From: Chara braunii
Lineage: Eukaryota; Plantae; Charophyceae
Assembly: GCA_003427395.1 (NCBI GenBank)
Contig: BFEA01000039.1
Span: 3,081,152 to 3,136,663, forward strand
Direction of reading: 5' to 3'
Length of the DNA: 55,512 nt
The position numbers were made by a program, and so were the translations under genes. Positions 35,200-45,084 of the stretch are shown here, one piece after another. A model generated the notes under the pieces. That model was not told the origin of the DNA. It saw only the letters and a program-made list of their open reading frames with translations, and ran no database searches. Position 1 is the stretch's first letter, and each line of letters starts with the position of its first letter.

Positions 35200-36540
35200 T
35201 TTCAGTCGCTCTCCTCACTAGAGTCACTCCCTTGGCTGGTCGTTCCACTACTCTCCTCCGAGCCTCTTCCTTCTTCACTCTATCCTTGGGTTTCAATATC
35301 CCCTTCGAACTCCTCGCTAGTCATCGTCCACCAAGAGTCCCGCAATTTCTTCTCCTCGCTAGCGGCCAACGCAAGATTGGCAATCTCCAGGTCCGAGAAA
35401 CCCCTAATCCCTTCTTGCGCGCATCACCTAATAGGTCCCTATCTACTTTGCCGGGTTGTCCTGAGAACAGGGGTTTGATGAAAGCGCCTACCAAAGCCCA
35501 CCACTCAAAATCGGTGAGCTCTAGGGACTCCCAACACAGGGTGAATAGCTCGTGCCCCTTTTCTTCCCCCAAGGGAAATTTTTCAATTACTGGTTCTCTA
35601 ACTTGGACTTTCCTCACTGCGGCGATGTCGGGGTAAAGCAATCGGTAGACCCAAGCAGGGATCTCCCAGGTCCAGCCGTGGGCCGCCCGCGGGATCTCTA
35701 ACCACCCTCGGTATTCAATTTTTTCTCTCTCTCGTCTTCCTGCCTCTCCCCCTCTCAACCTTCTAAGTCGGTCTTGGGTTTTATCCGCTATACTTAGAGG
35801 ATCCTTCCCTTCCGCCAATTCCGTAGCAAAGAACTGTCTGTCGTCGGGAGACAAATAGATCTCCGCTCTTCGCGTGCGGGTACCGTCCTGCGAGACTATC
35901 GAGAAACGGACCAGTGTTTCTTGCCCGTATATTTCGAAGAATTATGTGGAGATCTACCCTTCTTCCTCAATTCTAGGGAGAGTCACTCCATACCTAGATC
36001 CCATTTTTCAGGCCCGTTGCAAGGTTCCTATAGGGTCCCCCCTTTCGTATGTAATGATTGGTCGGCTTACCCTACCCGAGCCAATATTTCCGCTCCCTCC
36101 ACGAGCAAGCTCTCGCACCTCCCTCGAGAGCCTTCGTCTTGCTCCCGTATCGTTCGACGTAACGCTTGTTCGTATTAACCTGTCCTATCCCAAAAACGCG
36201 CCTCCACTAGGTGCACCCTGGCCTCGAGTGGGTTCCCAAGCCACCTAGAGTCCTTCTTGAACCTTCCCTCGACTTCTGACAGCTCTCTCAACGTTCTAGA
36301 GAACCGTACTCCTCTTGCCCCCCTAATAGTGATCGAAAACCTCGCTAAGGTAGTCTCGGACCTCCTTTTCCACAGGGCCAGTCGCCGGACCTCGACGAGG
36401 AAGATCCTCTCGGCCCTAATCTCTTGGTCCTCTCCAAGGCCTCGACCGAGATCGGCTATCCCTACTACCTCGACTTTCGGGCCGTCGTCCCTTGTCTCCA
36501 ACTCCCAATCTATCGAGCTCGAGGTATAGGTAGCTCTCAT
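35200..36540 (-). pseudogene. E1 accessory ORF ('DGP' protein, unknown function)
   Basis: Made of ORFs 36175-36540 and 35321-35854 plus an acidic tail in another frame. DDGPKVEVV..RFSITIRGARGVRF resembles E2 GDGPLVLVI..KLWIGIEGGRRIKY. Confidence 0.55.
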
Positions 36541-36737
36541 GCCTCTCCTCCCCAGGAGAGTAACTCTTCTTTTAAGTCATCTAGTTCCTTGATCACGACA
36601 GCCTCTAACAACTTGATCCTCCGTAAGGCTCCTGGGCGCGCCCTTCTTTCCTCTTCCCATCAAAGGGCCAATATCCGATATAACTCTGCCCTAACCCTTT
36701 CTAAACCCACTAGTTCACCGATGTCGGGTTCACTCAT
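36537..36737 (-). pseudogene. E1 small helical accessory ORF (66 codons, one internal stop)
   Basis: MSEPDIGELVGLERVRAELYRILAL*WEEERRARPGALRRIKLLEAVVIKELDDLKEELLSWGGEA*; its TGA overlaps the next ATG (ATGA at 36537-36540). Confidence 0.55.
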
Positions 36738-36771
36738 GCCTCAAATTCCTCCGTCGGCACGCTATAGCTAT

Positions 36772-37476
36772 TCATATGAGATCCGACGGGTTTAACCCTT
36801 CTAACCCCGCCTCATAGATTTTGCCCAGGTATCGCAAGATGACGGTCGAGACCCTTACGTGTTGGCCCCAACCCTCAAAGGCGTAGCCCAGTCCCTCTAG
36901 CGAGGACCAATTACCCTCGTACGGACTTTGAAGGCACCAGGTCAATAGGGGATGCAGGTCCGACCTTGTGAACCGAAATTGGCGCAGGATCGCGATCCTA
37001 CGCTCTACCGCCTTCTGAACCGCTTCCGATGGATAAACTCGCTCAAGAATAAATCGAGAGACTCCGATGGGGTCACTATCGAAAAACCTAGGTATCTTTT
37101 CCTAACCTGCGTAGGTCACTCGGTAGACCCTAAGGTATTCTTCTCGAGGGCTAGCCTCTTCCACAAGCCTTTCTAAACGTTCTTGGACTGCCGGCACGTC
37201 CACAAGCGGGTCCTCCCTTAATTTTAAATTGCGGACTACCTCCAGAAAGCCTTCCTTAGAAAGGAACACTGTGGCTTCTCCAACTACCAACCCCTGTCTG
37301 CTGCTCACCGTCGCCCGGACAAATGTTCTCCCTCGGAGTATCTCCGCCACCTCCTTCCGAATGGACCTTGTCGGATCGCTCCGACTTTCCTTGGGCAAGG
37401 AGACTTGGACAACTTCCCCTTCCTTACTCACAGGTTCTATCGAGGCCCAAAGAGTCCCGGGAACCCCCCTTATCAT
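36772..37476 (-). pseudogene. E1 accessory family A copy 4 (one internal TAG at 37102)
   Basis: GRTFVRA..EATVFLSKEGF..RVTYAG*EKIPR..LHPLLTWCLQ; the frame continues to TGA at 36772. Confidence 0.7.
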
Positions 37477-37553
37477 CGGGCTTCGTAACCCCGCCGGTTA
37501 GCAACCTGCTCTTCCCCGAAGAGGCGGGCGTACGGGACGTCCGCGGCGTGAGC

Positions 37554-38198
37554 TCAGATCCTCCCAAACTCTCTCAATCTCCAGAATATAGTGGATAACT
37601 CCCCTCTTGGGGGAACCCCAGCATCCACGCACCACGTGTAGAGCCAGAACAATCCCCTAATCCGCACCCCGGATTCCCGAGCTGCTCTAAGTACTGCCAC
37701 TACTCTTTCCTCCGGGTCTCTTAAGAAGGAGTTTGTCAAGAATTGGGGTAAGCTCGCGTGGAGGATTCCGGACGCACGAGGGACCTCGCCGGGTTCGACG
37801 AAGGACACTTGTGACCACGACTCGAAAGTCCCTTCTTCGTAATCAACTAGCACCAGGTTCGTCGCTAACAGCCTCGCGGACTCACGGTACTCCGTATGGG
37901 TCTCTTGGGCTGTTACCAATCCTCTCCACACTTCAGCCCACGTTTCCTCGTTGAGGAAGATCGTAGCCTGAATCTCTGGGAATCGACCGAGGTCCGACGA
38001 ACCTCCTCTTTGCACTCCCTCCTTCCAAGTGAGCCTGCGAGCTCGAACCCACACGTAGGCCCCTTCTTGGATGACTCCGCCTTTCTCAACGCACATCCAG
38101 CAAGGAGTCACGCGAGGGTCTTCCGGAATCAAGACTTTACCCGCGTCACTAGCCTCTATTGCATCTACCGCCCCGTTTTCACTGAGCACAAATCTCAC
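37554..38198 (-). CDS. E1 accessory family A copy 3 (214 aa, start uncertain)
   Basis: EGAYVWVRA..QATIFLNEETW..EVPRASGILHASLPQF..GLFWLYTWCVDAGVPP. Confidence 0.72.
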   Translation of the reverse strand: MRFVLSENGAVDAIEASDAGKVLIPEDPRVTPCWMCVEKGGVIQEGAYVWVRARRLTWKEGVQRGGSSDLGRFPEIQATIFLNEETWAEVWRGLVTAQETHTEYRESARLLATNLVLVDYEEGTFESWSQVSFVEPGEVPRASGILHASLPQFLTNSFLRDPEERVVAVLRAARESGVRIRGLFWLYTWCVDAGVPPRGELSTIFWRLREFGRI

Positions 38199-38264
38199 AA
38201 TCTACCAACGTCATTTTGAAAACCCACCGGCGGTATCTTTCTGGTAAGAGAGTAAAGGGTTTTT

Positions 38265-38864
38265 CTAGGGCCCCCAATCTCCTAAAAATACCCAAAGCTT
38301 CCTACATGGAGGGATACCCTGATCGATGCAATGCGTGTACAGCGTCCACAGGGCTCCAAAGGCCAATCCCAAACTCCTTCCCCTCTCTAGGAGTCTCACC
38401 ACTCTTCCCTCACTCTCTCTCCAGAACACAAAGCTTGGGACCCACGTGGTCACAGGGTAACTTGCCCTCGGGATTTCGTCCGTCCTAGCGAATCTCTCCA
38501 CCTCTACCGCCAGAAATTCGAAGTCCTCTCGAACCCTATCTATCCATCTTCTTCGGACCCCTCTAGCTTCTCTTATCAACGAGTCCAGCCCACCCCCTTA
38601 ACCTAAGACCAGGGGTACGATAACCCTCGACCAAGATTCCGGCTTAACGAAGATGATCGAGGAGACGTTAAAACGCACCTCACCCGTTCTCTCCTCCTCT
38701 TCCTCCGACTCTATCCACACGAAATTTCCTTCTGTCGTAATTTTCCCTCCTTCTAATCTTCTTTAGTCGAGGATTCTCCCGTTGCTCGGGACCAAGCTAC
38801 ACACCCCTCGCTCGTCTAGAGAGGACTCAACAAAACCACGGACGCCCCGGTCAAATCGAACCAT
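38265..38864 (-). pseudogene. E1 accessory family A copy 2 (two internal TAA)
   Basis: ATG 38864 MVRFD..EGNFVWIE..SSIIFVKPESW..EIPRASYPVTTWVPSFVF..ALWTLYTHCIDQGIPP; in-frame TAA at 38763 and 38598. Confidence 0.72.
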
Positions 38865-38869
38865 TCATT

Positions 38870-39613
38870 CTAACCCACCTTTTGGTGGACTCCAAACACC
38901 CTTTGGTACCGGTAGTCTCGCCCTCCTTCACGGTCCCTCTCAGACTCCAGCGATATCCTCTCCCGGATCCATTCCGCTCTAACCCCGTGCAACACCGGGT
39001 TGTCCACGCAATAGGAGTAAAACCAGTGTAGTGAACGAAAGGACAAGCCTCTCCTTCTCTCCCGCCTTACAGATCTCACGACCTTTTCGTACGCGGTCCC
39101 TTCTCCACACACCCTCCTAAATACATAAGAAGGGAAGATCGCCTGGACGCAACCTGTAGCTCGAGGATATTCCTCGTCCCTGGTGCAAGTTACCCTCAGG
39201 CGGAAAGGCAGGCTATGCCAAAGGGGGACTTCTTCGAAGATCCACCTCAGGATAGGTCCCGCGCGCAACTCCCAGTGGTCTTCCTGATACCACCCTAAGG
39301 CCCAGTGAGTGACGAACTCGACCCACGCCTCCCGGCTTAGATAGACCGTGCCCTCGGCACGAACCGCTGCTCGTCGGGCCTTCCCCCCGCTCCTAGGTCT
39401 ATTCCTAGCCCACTGATCTCCTTCCCAAATACCCACTGCGAACCGTGCCCAGAGGAAGACCCCCTTTTCAAGTTTCACTCCTCTCTCGCGCCCCGCAAGG
39501 TATCTCTCTGTACGATGATCCAGAGGGACGCTAAAGCATTCGCGATCTTTGAGAAGGTCTGCCTTCTTGATTTTTACTCTGTCGTCCTCTCCCGCTTCCA
39601 CAATCCTAACCAT
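38870..39613 (-). CDS. E1 accessory family A copy 1 (intact 247 aa, unknown function)
   Basis: MVRIVE..EKGVFLWAR..EGTVYLSREAW..EYPRATGCVQAIFPSYVF..SLHWFYSYCVD. Confidence 0.75.
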   Translation of the reverse strand: MVRIVEAGEDDRVKIKKADLLKDRECFSVPLDHRTERYLAGRERGVKLEKGVFLWARFAVGIWEGDQWARNRPRSGGKARRAAVRAEGTVYLSREAWVEFVTHWALGWYQEDHWELRAGPILRWIFEEVPLWHSLPFRLRVTCTRDEEYPRATGCVQAIFPSYVFRRVCGEGTAYEKVVRSVRRERRRGLSFRSLHWFYSYCVDNPVLHGVRAEWIRERISLESERDREGGRDYRYQRVFGVHQKVG

Positions 39614-39662
39614 GCCCCCCCTGGCTTCGTACCACCTTCTTAACGATCTCTATCAATACCTT

Positions 39663-39980
39663 TCACCCGTCGGACCCGTTGAGGTAGGGTTCCGGTATGA
39701 TCGAGGCCGGTCGCTCACCTCTTCGGTAGGTATGGTAACCTAGAGTATAGAAATACTGGGTCTCGTAGGCCCCCAGAAGTTCCTTCTCCAATTGCGCGAC
39801 GCCAACAGCCTCCTCCCAACTACTAAGAAAGCCTTGTCCTCGATCCGTTCCCTCTTCAACGTAGAGGGCGATGTCCCAATCCCCGGTCCACAGGAAGAAC
39901 CTGTAGCACAACACGTCTACTCCCCCACAGTCACCCATGTTGATGCCCCATGGCTCAAACTCAAAAACCCCTAAGCTCAT
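39663..39980 (-). CDS. E1 accessory family B copy 1
   Basis: MSLGVFEFEP..GGVDVLCYRFFLWTGDWDIALYVEEG..YFYTLGYHTYRRGERPASIIPEPYLNG; the TGA at 39663 is probably premature (W in the paralogs). Confidence 0.72.
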   Translation of the reverse strand: MSLGVFEFEPWGINMGDCGGVDVLCYRFFLWTGDWDIALYVEEGTDRGQGFLSSWEEAVGVAQLEKELLGAYETQYFYTLGYHTYRRGERPASIIPEPYLNGSDG

Positions 39981-40337
39981 ATGTTCTCCACTATCTTCTC
40001 TATGACCGACAAACACTCTCCACCCATCTCACCCATCCAGATAAGCTTCCGGTATAACCGGGGCGGGTCGCTCCCCTCGTCGAAAGGTGCGGCACCCCAG
40101 AGTATAGAAATACCGGATCCCGTACCCTCATAAAAGCTCCCTCTCTAGTTGTGCTTGGCCAACCGCTTCTTCCCAACTATTCAGGAAGGCTTCCCCTCGG
40201 TCAGTCCCTTCTTCCACGTAAAGTGTTATATCGAAATCTCATGTCCATAGGTAAAAGTTGTAGCACCACACGTTTACACCACCACGGTTCCCCACGCTAA
40301 TGCCTGCAGGTTCAAACTCTAGAATCCCCAAGCTCAT
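39977..40337 (-). pseudogene. E1 accessory family B copy 2
   Basis: MSLGILEFEP..GGVNVWCYNFYLWT*DFDITLYVEEG..YFYTLGCRTFRRGERPAPVIPEAYLDG; has stops and frameshifts. Confidence 0.75.
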
Positions 40338-40670
40338 AGGCACCCCACTATTTCTTCTATAATTGCTACTAATACTCTCCAGTCGTCTGACCCGTCGAGA
40401 TAGGCATCCGGAATCACCGGCGCAGGTCGGCCGCCCCTAGGGTAAGTTCGGTACCCTAAGGAGTAGAAGTAACTGAATCCGTACCCTCGCAGCTCACCTC
40501 TAGCCCCACGGGAGTCGTTGACCGTCGCCCCCCAATCCGCGGAGGAAATTCTCTCACTGGTCTTGCCCCTTTTCTACATAGAGGGCCACATCAAAGTCTC
40601 CCGTCCAGAGGCGGAAGGTATAGCACCACACGTCGACCCCACCGTAGCTTCTTACACGAATCCATTCCAG
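40334..40670 (-). pseudogene. E1 accessory family B copy 3, 5'-truncated by the E2 insertion
   Basis: GGVDVWCYTFRLWTGDFDVALYVEKG..YFYSLGYRTYPRGGRPAPVIPDAYLDGSDDWRVLVAIIEEIVGCL*. Confidence 0.75.
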
Positions 40671-41218
40671 TGTGGGGAAACCCAGGGAGGGGTACCTGCT
40701 GTTCGCTGAATCCAGGGGGTACAAGGCCTGTCACTTCATTGCCCCCACTTCAGAGGTCCTCAGTGGCCAGCTGGAACTTTTAGAAGTAGCAGACTCCCTA
40801 CAGAGCTTAGTTTGCTGCCCCGGTCATGATCGAGAATTTCAGAGGGTTCTAATAGCAAAATTTGGATACCTCTAAGTTCAAAGCCCACAACGAGGAAAAC
40901 CATGAACATGCGTTAGTACATTAATCATGCTTTGTTCTTGCATTCGATCTCTCTGTCTCCTCTCACGATACCATGTTCGTGAGCAGCCCTCCACCAATAG
41001 TCCTTCAGCATGTAGTAAGGTAGATATCTTTTTACTTCGTACGTTACCCGAATTCAACTTGACGATTCTTCTCTCGACTCAACTTACAAAGGCAGGGGGG
41101 GTTGATAGAAAAAGAAATGTATGTTCACTCTCAGTCCTTCGTTTGCCCGGACTCCAGCCTATACAGGGAGCGAGGGGATGTAATGCAGAATGCCGCTCAG
41201 GTCTGGTTTCGGGCTCAC
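40671..41218 (-). repeat. E2 3' LTR (verifiable part; the LTR continues rightward, end not determined)
   Basis: Begins TG on the plus strand; matches 54965-55512 with about 15 substitutions in 548 bp. Confidence 0.93.
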
Positions 41219-43409
41219 ATCAAGAATGATGCGAGGTTCATGTCTTCTCAAAACGGACAATGAATTTAACCGAGATGGGCTTACCGCTCTAGCGTGCGCG
41301 ATCTGAAGGGAAAACTGTTCACAATGAAAGGTAAGCCTCTCGACTATCCGTCCCTGAAATGTCGCACAACACTCCCTTCTCCCACAGTCAAATAAAAGCA
41401 GGACACAAGAACAGACTGGAGAACGTTACTCCTTCACTCCTTCTAGAGTTTGCAGGACACACACAGAGAGACAGGCAAGTAACTGCCAATCAAGAGTTGA
41501 ATTCAACTGTATTCAAGAATTCATCCGACATGTATGCGCAAAAGCTGAACGTTGCAGTTCACACAAAGAGAGGAAAGGAACGAGTAAACGCCGAACACAA
41601 AATAGCAGTGAACACAGTCCGAACGAGCAACGCTCTCCCTCTCGCTGTCCTCCTATCCCCTTGTTTCTCTTTTTTCCTCTACATCTCCCTCTTGCGGTTT
41701 TCACTTACCCTTAGTCTAATTAATGCAGGACACAAAAAAAAACAGTCGGGTACTGTCTGCTCACCCCCCCTTTTGTCCTCGTCCCTTCTCTCGTGCTCGC
41801 TGCCTCACGTACACGGCGATCGCATAGAGTATTCCCTTTGAAGCTTCTAACTCACTCTCCCTGTGCCGGGAGGTCCAGAAGAGACCAGGCGAAGAGTCGA
41901 TCCAGCAAGAAGCAAGCTCGACATTTCCCGCCCTCGAGCTTAGCGAAATAAACAATGATATCTTCAACGAGACTCCCCATCAGCGGACCCAGTCAGCATT
42001 TGAGGGGTCAGTCCCTTGCTACAAGTTTACAGGATAGACAGCGGATCAGTTCCACCTAGTTACTCTCTCCATCTCGATGTCACTCAGTTGCGTGACTTCC
42101 GAACGGAAGGTCTAAGCGAAGGTTCTAATTCGGTTGAAAGAGCGATACCCACGAAAGCCCAGCCCTTCTTATCTCGGCGGGTTATAGGATACCACAAATA
42201 CCTCTAATCGTGCTTTCTCCAGCCCGATGTCGTTCGTACCTGAGATGAAATGAGAAACTCTTCACCTCGCGGGACCCGTGATCCCTCAGTAGCGAGATNG
42301 ACNTAACAAGCAGTCAAGAAAAACGGAAGCCTGAGCACCCTTCGACGANGGTGAAGGTTCACTGNGACTGTTCAAGGGCTGCCGGCGTCAACGGACTCGC
42401 TTAGCTCGTGCCTTCTCTTCTCTTCTCTATGGAGCATGTTCTTACAGCGGCTCTAATTCACACAGAGGTCTTCGGAGGCTTACCNCCCACACGTGTCGCG
42501 CTCTCCGACTTTCCCCCTCCCTCTCTTTCACTCCCTCTCCTTCTCCCTTTTCGCTCGCCTGCATCCCACCGCAGGATACCGCTGGCACACTCTCCTTCGA
42601 GCACGCCCGGACGCACATGAAGGCTCACGCATACTCGAATGCTCGGGATCGCGGCACAGGGGCGCTTGTTCACAAGCACGCTTATCACAAGTCTGCAGAG
42701 TGTGTGCGGTGTTCGCCTAGCTCGATTCACAACCGCGTGGACCCAGACGCATCCCCTTCCGAAGGCCTGGCACACCGTGCTCGTCTCCCCTTCTCTCCGC
42801 CTGCATTCCGCTACGAAGTGCGCTGGGTACACCGTGCATGCTCCCCTCTGCAACCGTCCGTATCCCCTATGTAGCCTTCGGTACGCCCGGCTCATGCTGT
42901 TCTCCGGACATGTACGACGTGGCTGAGTGTTCTCCCCCGTCTGCCCCAATCGCCTGGCGACCCAGTAGGCTATGCACTCGCGATATTAACCGAGCCCGTA
43001 TCTCACAGCGATTCCGGCCCGGTACATGGGGACTCAGTCTCCTGATAATTGTATCCTTGGCCTCTGTGTCAACATTCTCCCTCCTGGTACCTCCACACGG
43101 CCCCGCAACGTACGACTGCGGATCGTGGGCTGAATTCAGTCCCGTTCCAAAATGTCCACTTCCGACTGGGTCAGGGGCCTGTACCTGTGTCCCAAAAAAA
43201 AGAAATTCTGCGGTCAACCACGACCTCAGTTCTTCACCAGACTTGACATAACCATTTCAAAATTTCCCAGTCGTCGGCGTTGTCAATAGCCGGACCAAAG
43301 CTAGAGTGATACTTGTTGACACCGCGGCAATTTCTGGCCTGAGACCACGCAGATGCTTGTGACATTTCAACGTCGTACCAATGCAGGGTCTGGAGCGTGC
43401 CGATGCAGA

Positions 43410-44070
43410 CCCAAGACCGAGCCTGAAAATGATGCCGCGGNGTGTACCACGCCAATGNCAAACCAANACCGTACCTGAAACATGTCGAACACNGNAAGAT
43501 GCAGCGGCNCGGTAATAGTACCGACCCTGAAGTAAATCGCCNCAATGATCCCGGACCTGAGAATAAGCTNCCACAATGGTACCGAACCTGGAATAAACTG
43601 CCGCCAAGGTCTCGAATCTGAAATGAANTACCNCAGTCGTCCCAGACCTNAAAATAAATCACTGTAGAGGTTCCGAACCTGAAATAAATCGTCANNGTGG
43701 TCCCGGACCTGAAAATAAGTCACCCCAGAGGTTNCGAACCTGAAATAATTCGCCGTGAGGGCGTCGAACATGAAACGAAACACCGCGATACCACCGAACC
43801 CGACCAAACCCGAAATCCAATACCGGGCTGCTGTGCCACGCAGATGCCGAACCCATACAACCGTGCCATGATAATTTCGTACCTGTCCCGAACCTGATAT
43901 ACAGTGCCGCAACGTTTCCGGGCCTGAAACAAGCTGTCGCCAAGGTTCCAAACCTGGAACAATTGTCGTAGTGGCCCCGGCCCTGAAAATAAATCACCGC
44001 AGCTGTCCCAAACCTGACAATAAGTCACCGTAGTGAAACAACTGTCACCGGGCCCATACCGAACCTGGAG
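43410..44070. repeat. ~30 bp minisatellite with core CCGRACCTGAAATAA
   Basis: Cores at ~43521, 43551, 43582, 43612, 43642, 43673, 43702, 43734, 43888, 43918, 43948, 43977, 44008; many N bases. Confidence 0.85.
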
Positions 44071-45084
44071 CACGTTAGACACCACAGGACGTATCCACTC
44101 CGTAACAATCCTCGTATCCGTACCGAACCAAACACCATACTGTCGACCCAAGGTAGCACCACGCCAGGCTGTCCATGCGACTCCCGCTCTCAGAACATCC
44201 CGACTGTGGTAATGTTAGTAATCAAGCAAACCAGAGAAAGCGACGCAGGGAACCTCGACCATTGGAAGTAGTGAAAACTGTTAAAATCCGGGGAAAATGA
44301 TCAATCTGGGGTCAGAGCTGAAGGCGGGTAATCGAGGTGAAATTAGACCAATCTCCCAATAGTCATGGGTTCTTGTCCCTTTCATCGTTTTTAATCATTC
44401 TCCCCTTTTCTTAATTCTATTGTCGGAAATAGTAAAGTAACCGTAAGTTCCCCAATATTAAGTTCCGAGAAGGCTTAAATGAATGGTCAAATTCCTTTTG
44501 TTTCTTTTCTCTTTCACCATTTTAAAACTTTTTCTATGTTTTTAATTCCATTGCCAGGAACATAAAATAACAAGGGTATTCCCCCTATAATTAAATGCCA
44601 TGAAAAATAAAGACATTAAGGGATATTATGTTTTTTCCTTCTCCCCTACTGGTCTTAATCCCTTTTCCCCATCTTTAATTATGGTACTAAAATAGACAAA
44701 AATTTGAGGCCTCATTTCGGCCCTGGTCGTATGCTGCAAAAACGTTACGGCGAGGTCTGTTCCCACGATGCCTCTCCGCGGCAGACCGATCCGGGTCCAA
44801 CCCTCTAAACGGCCGGAAATGACGGTCTCCTGATAAGCCGAGTGCGCCCACCCATCTCGCTATCTTTGAGGGCTACTCGTAAGGTTCAGTGCGCTCAAAA
44901 TCTGGGGTGTCCTGAGTTCCCCATATCTTTGTTGCTTGGTCAACCCGGAGTACCGTCAAAACGCGGACTTGTCCTTGAGCCTAAGACCCAAAACCGCAGA
45001 TTTCAGGCGGCGCACTGCTTGTGGCCGCCTGACAGTTAGCCCGGACCACTTCTCGACGCCCCCATCGAGCCCTACCCACTTACG

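Larger units (their letters stand above)
30695..40670 (-). mobile_element. Ty3/gypsy LTR retrotransposon E1 (internal part; pol deleted from early RNase H; 5' part interrupted by E2)
   Basis: Domain order gag(CCHC)-PR-RT-RH on the minus strand, with an accessory cassette upstream cut at 40671 by the E2 LTR. Confidence 0.9.

Noticed and set aside
35321-35324. Additional ATGA overlap before gag
   Set aside because: That ATG is not in the gag frame and the upstream ORF appears frameshifted there, so the overlap is probably accidental.
36530-36760. Shine-Dalgarno-like GGAGG upstream of ATGs, suggesting prokaryotic origin or contamination
   Set aside because: The minus strand is G/A-rich throughout, so such matches are expected by chance, and the ORFs are embedded in a eukaryotic gypsy element.
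44398-44410. PPT (gaaaaggggagaa then TG on the minus strand) defining a 3.7 kb E2 LTR
   Set aside because: Plausible, but several similar tracts lie nearby and the matching LTR end is outside the window, so it cannot be confirmed.
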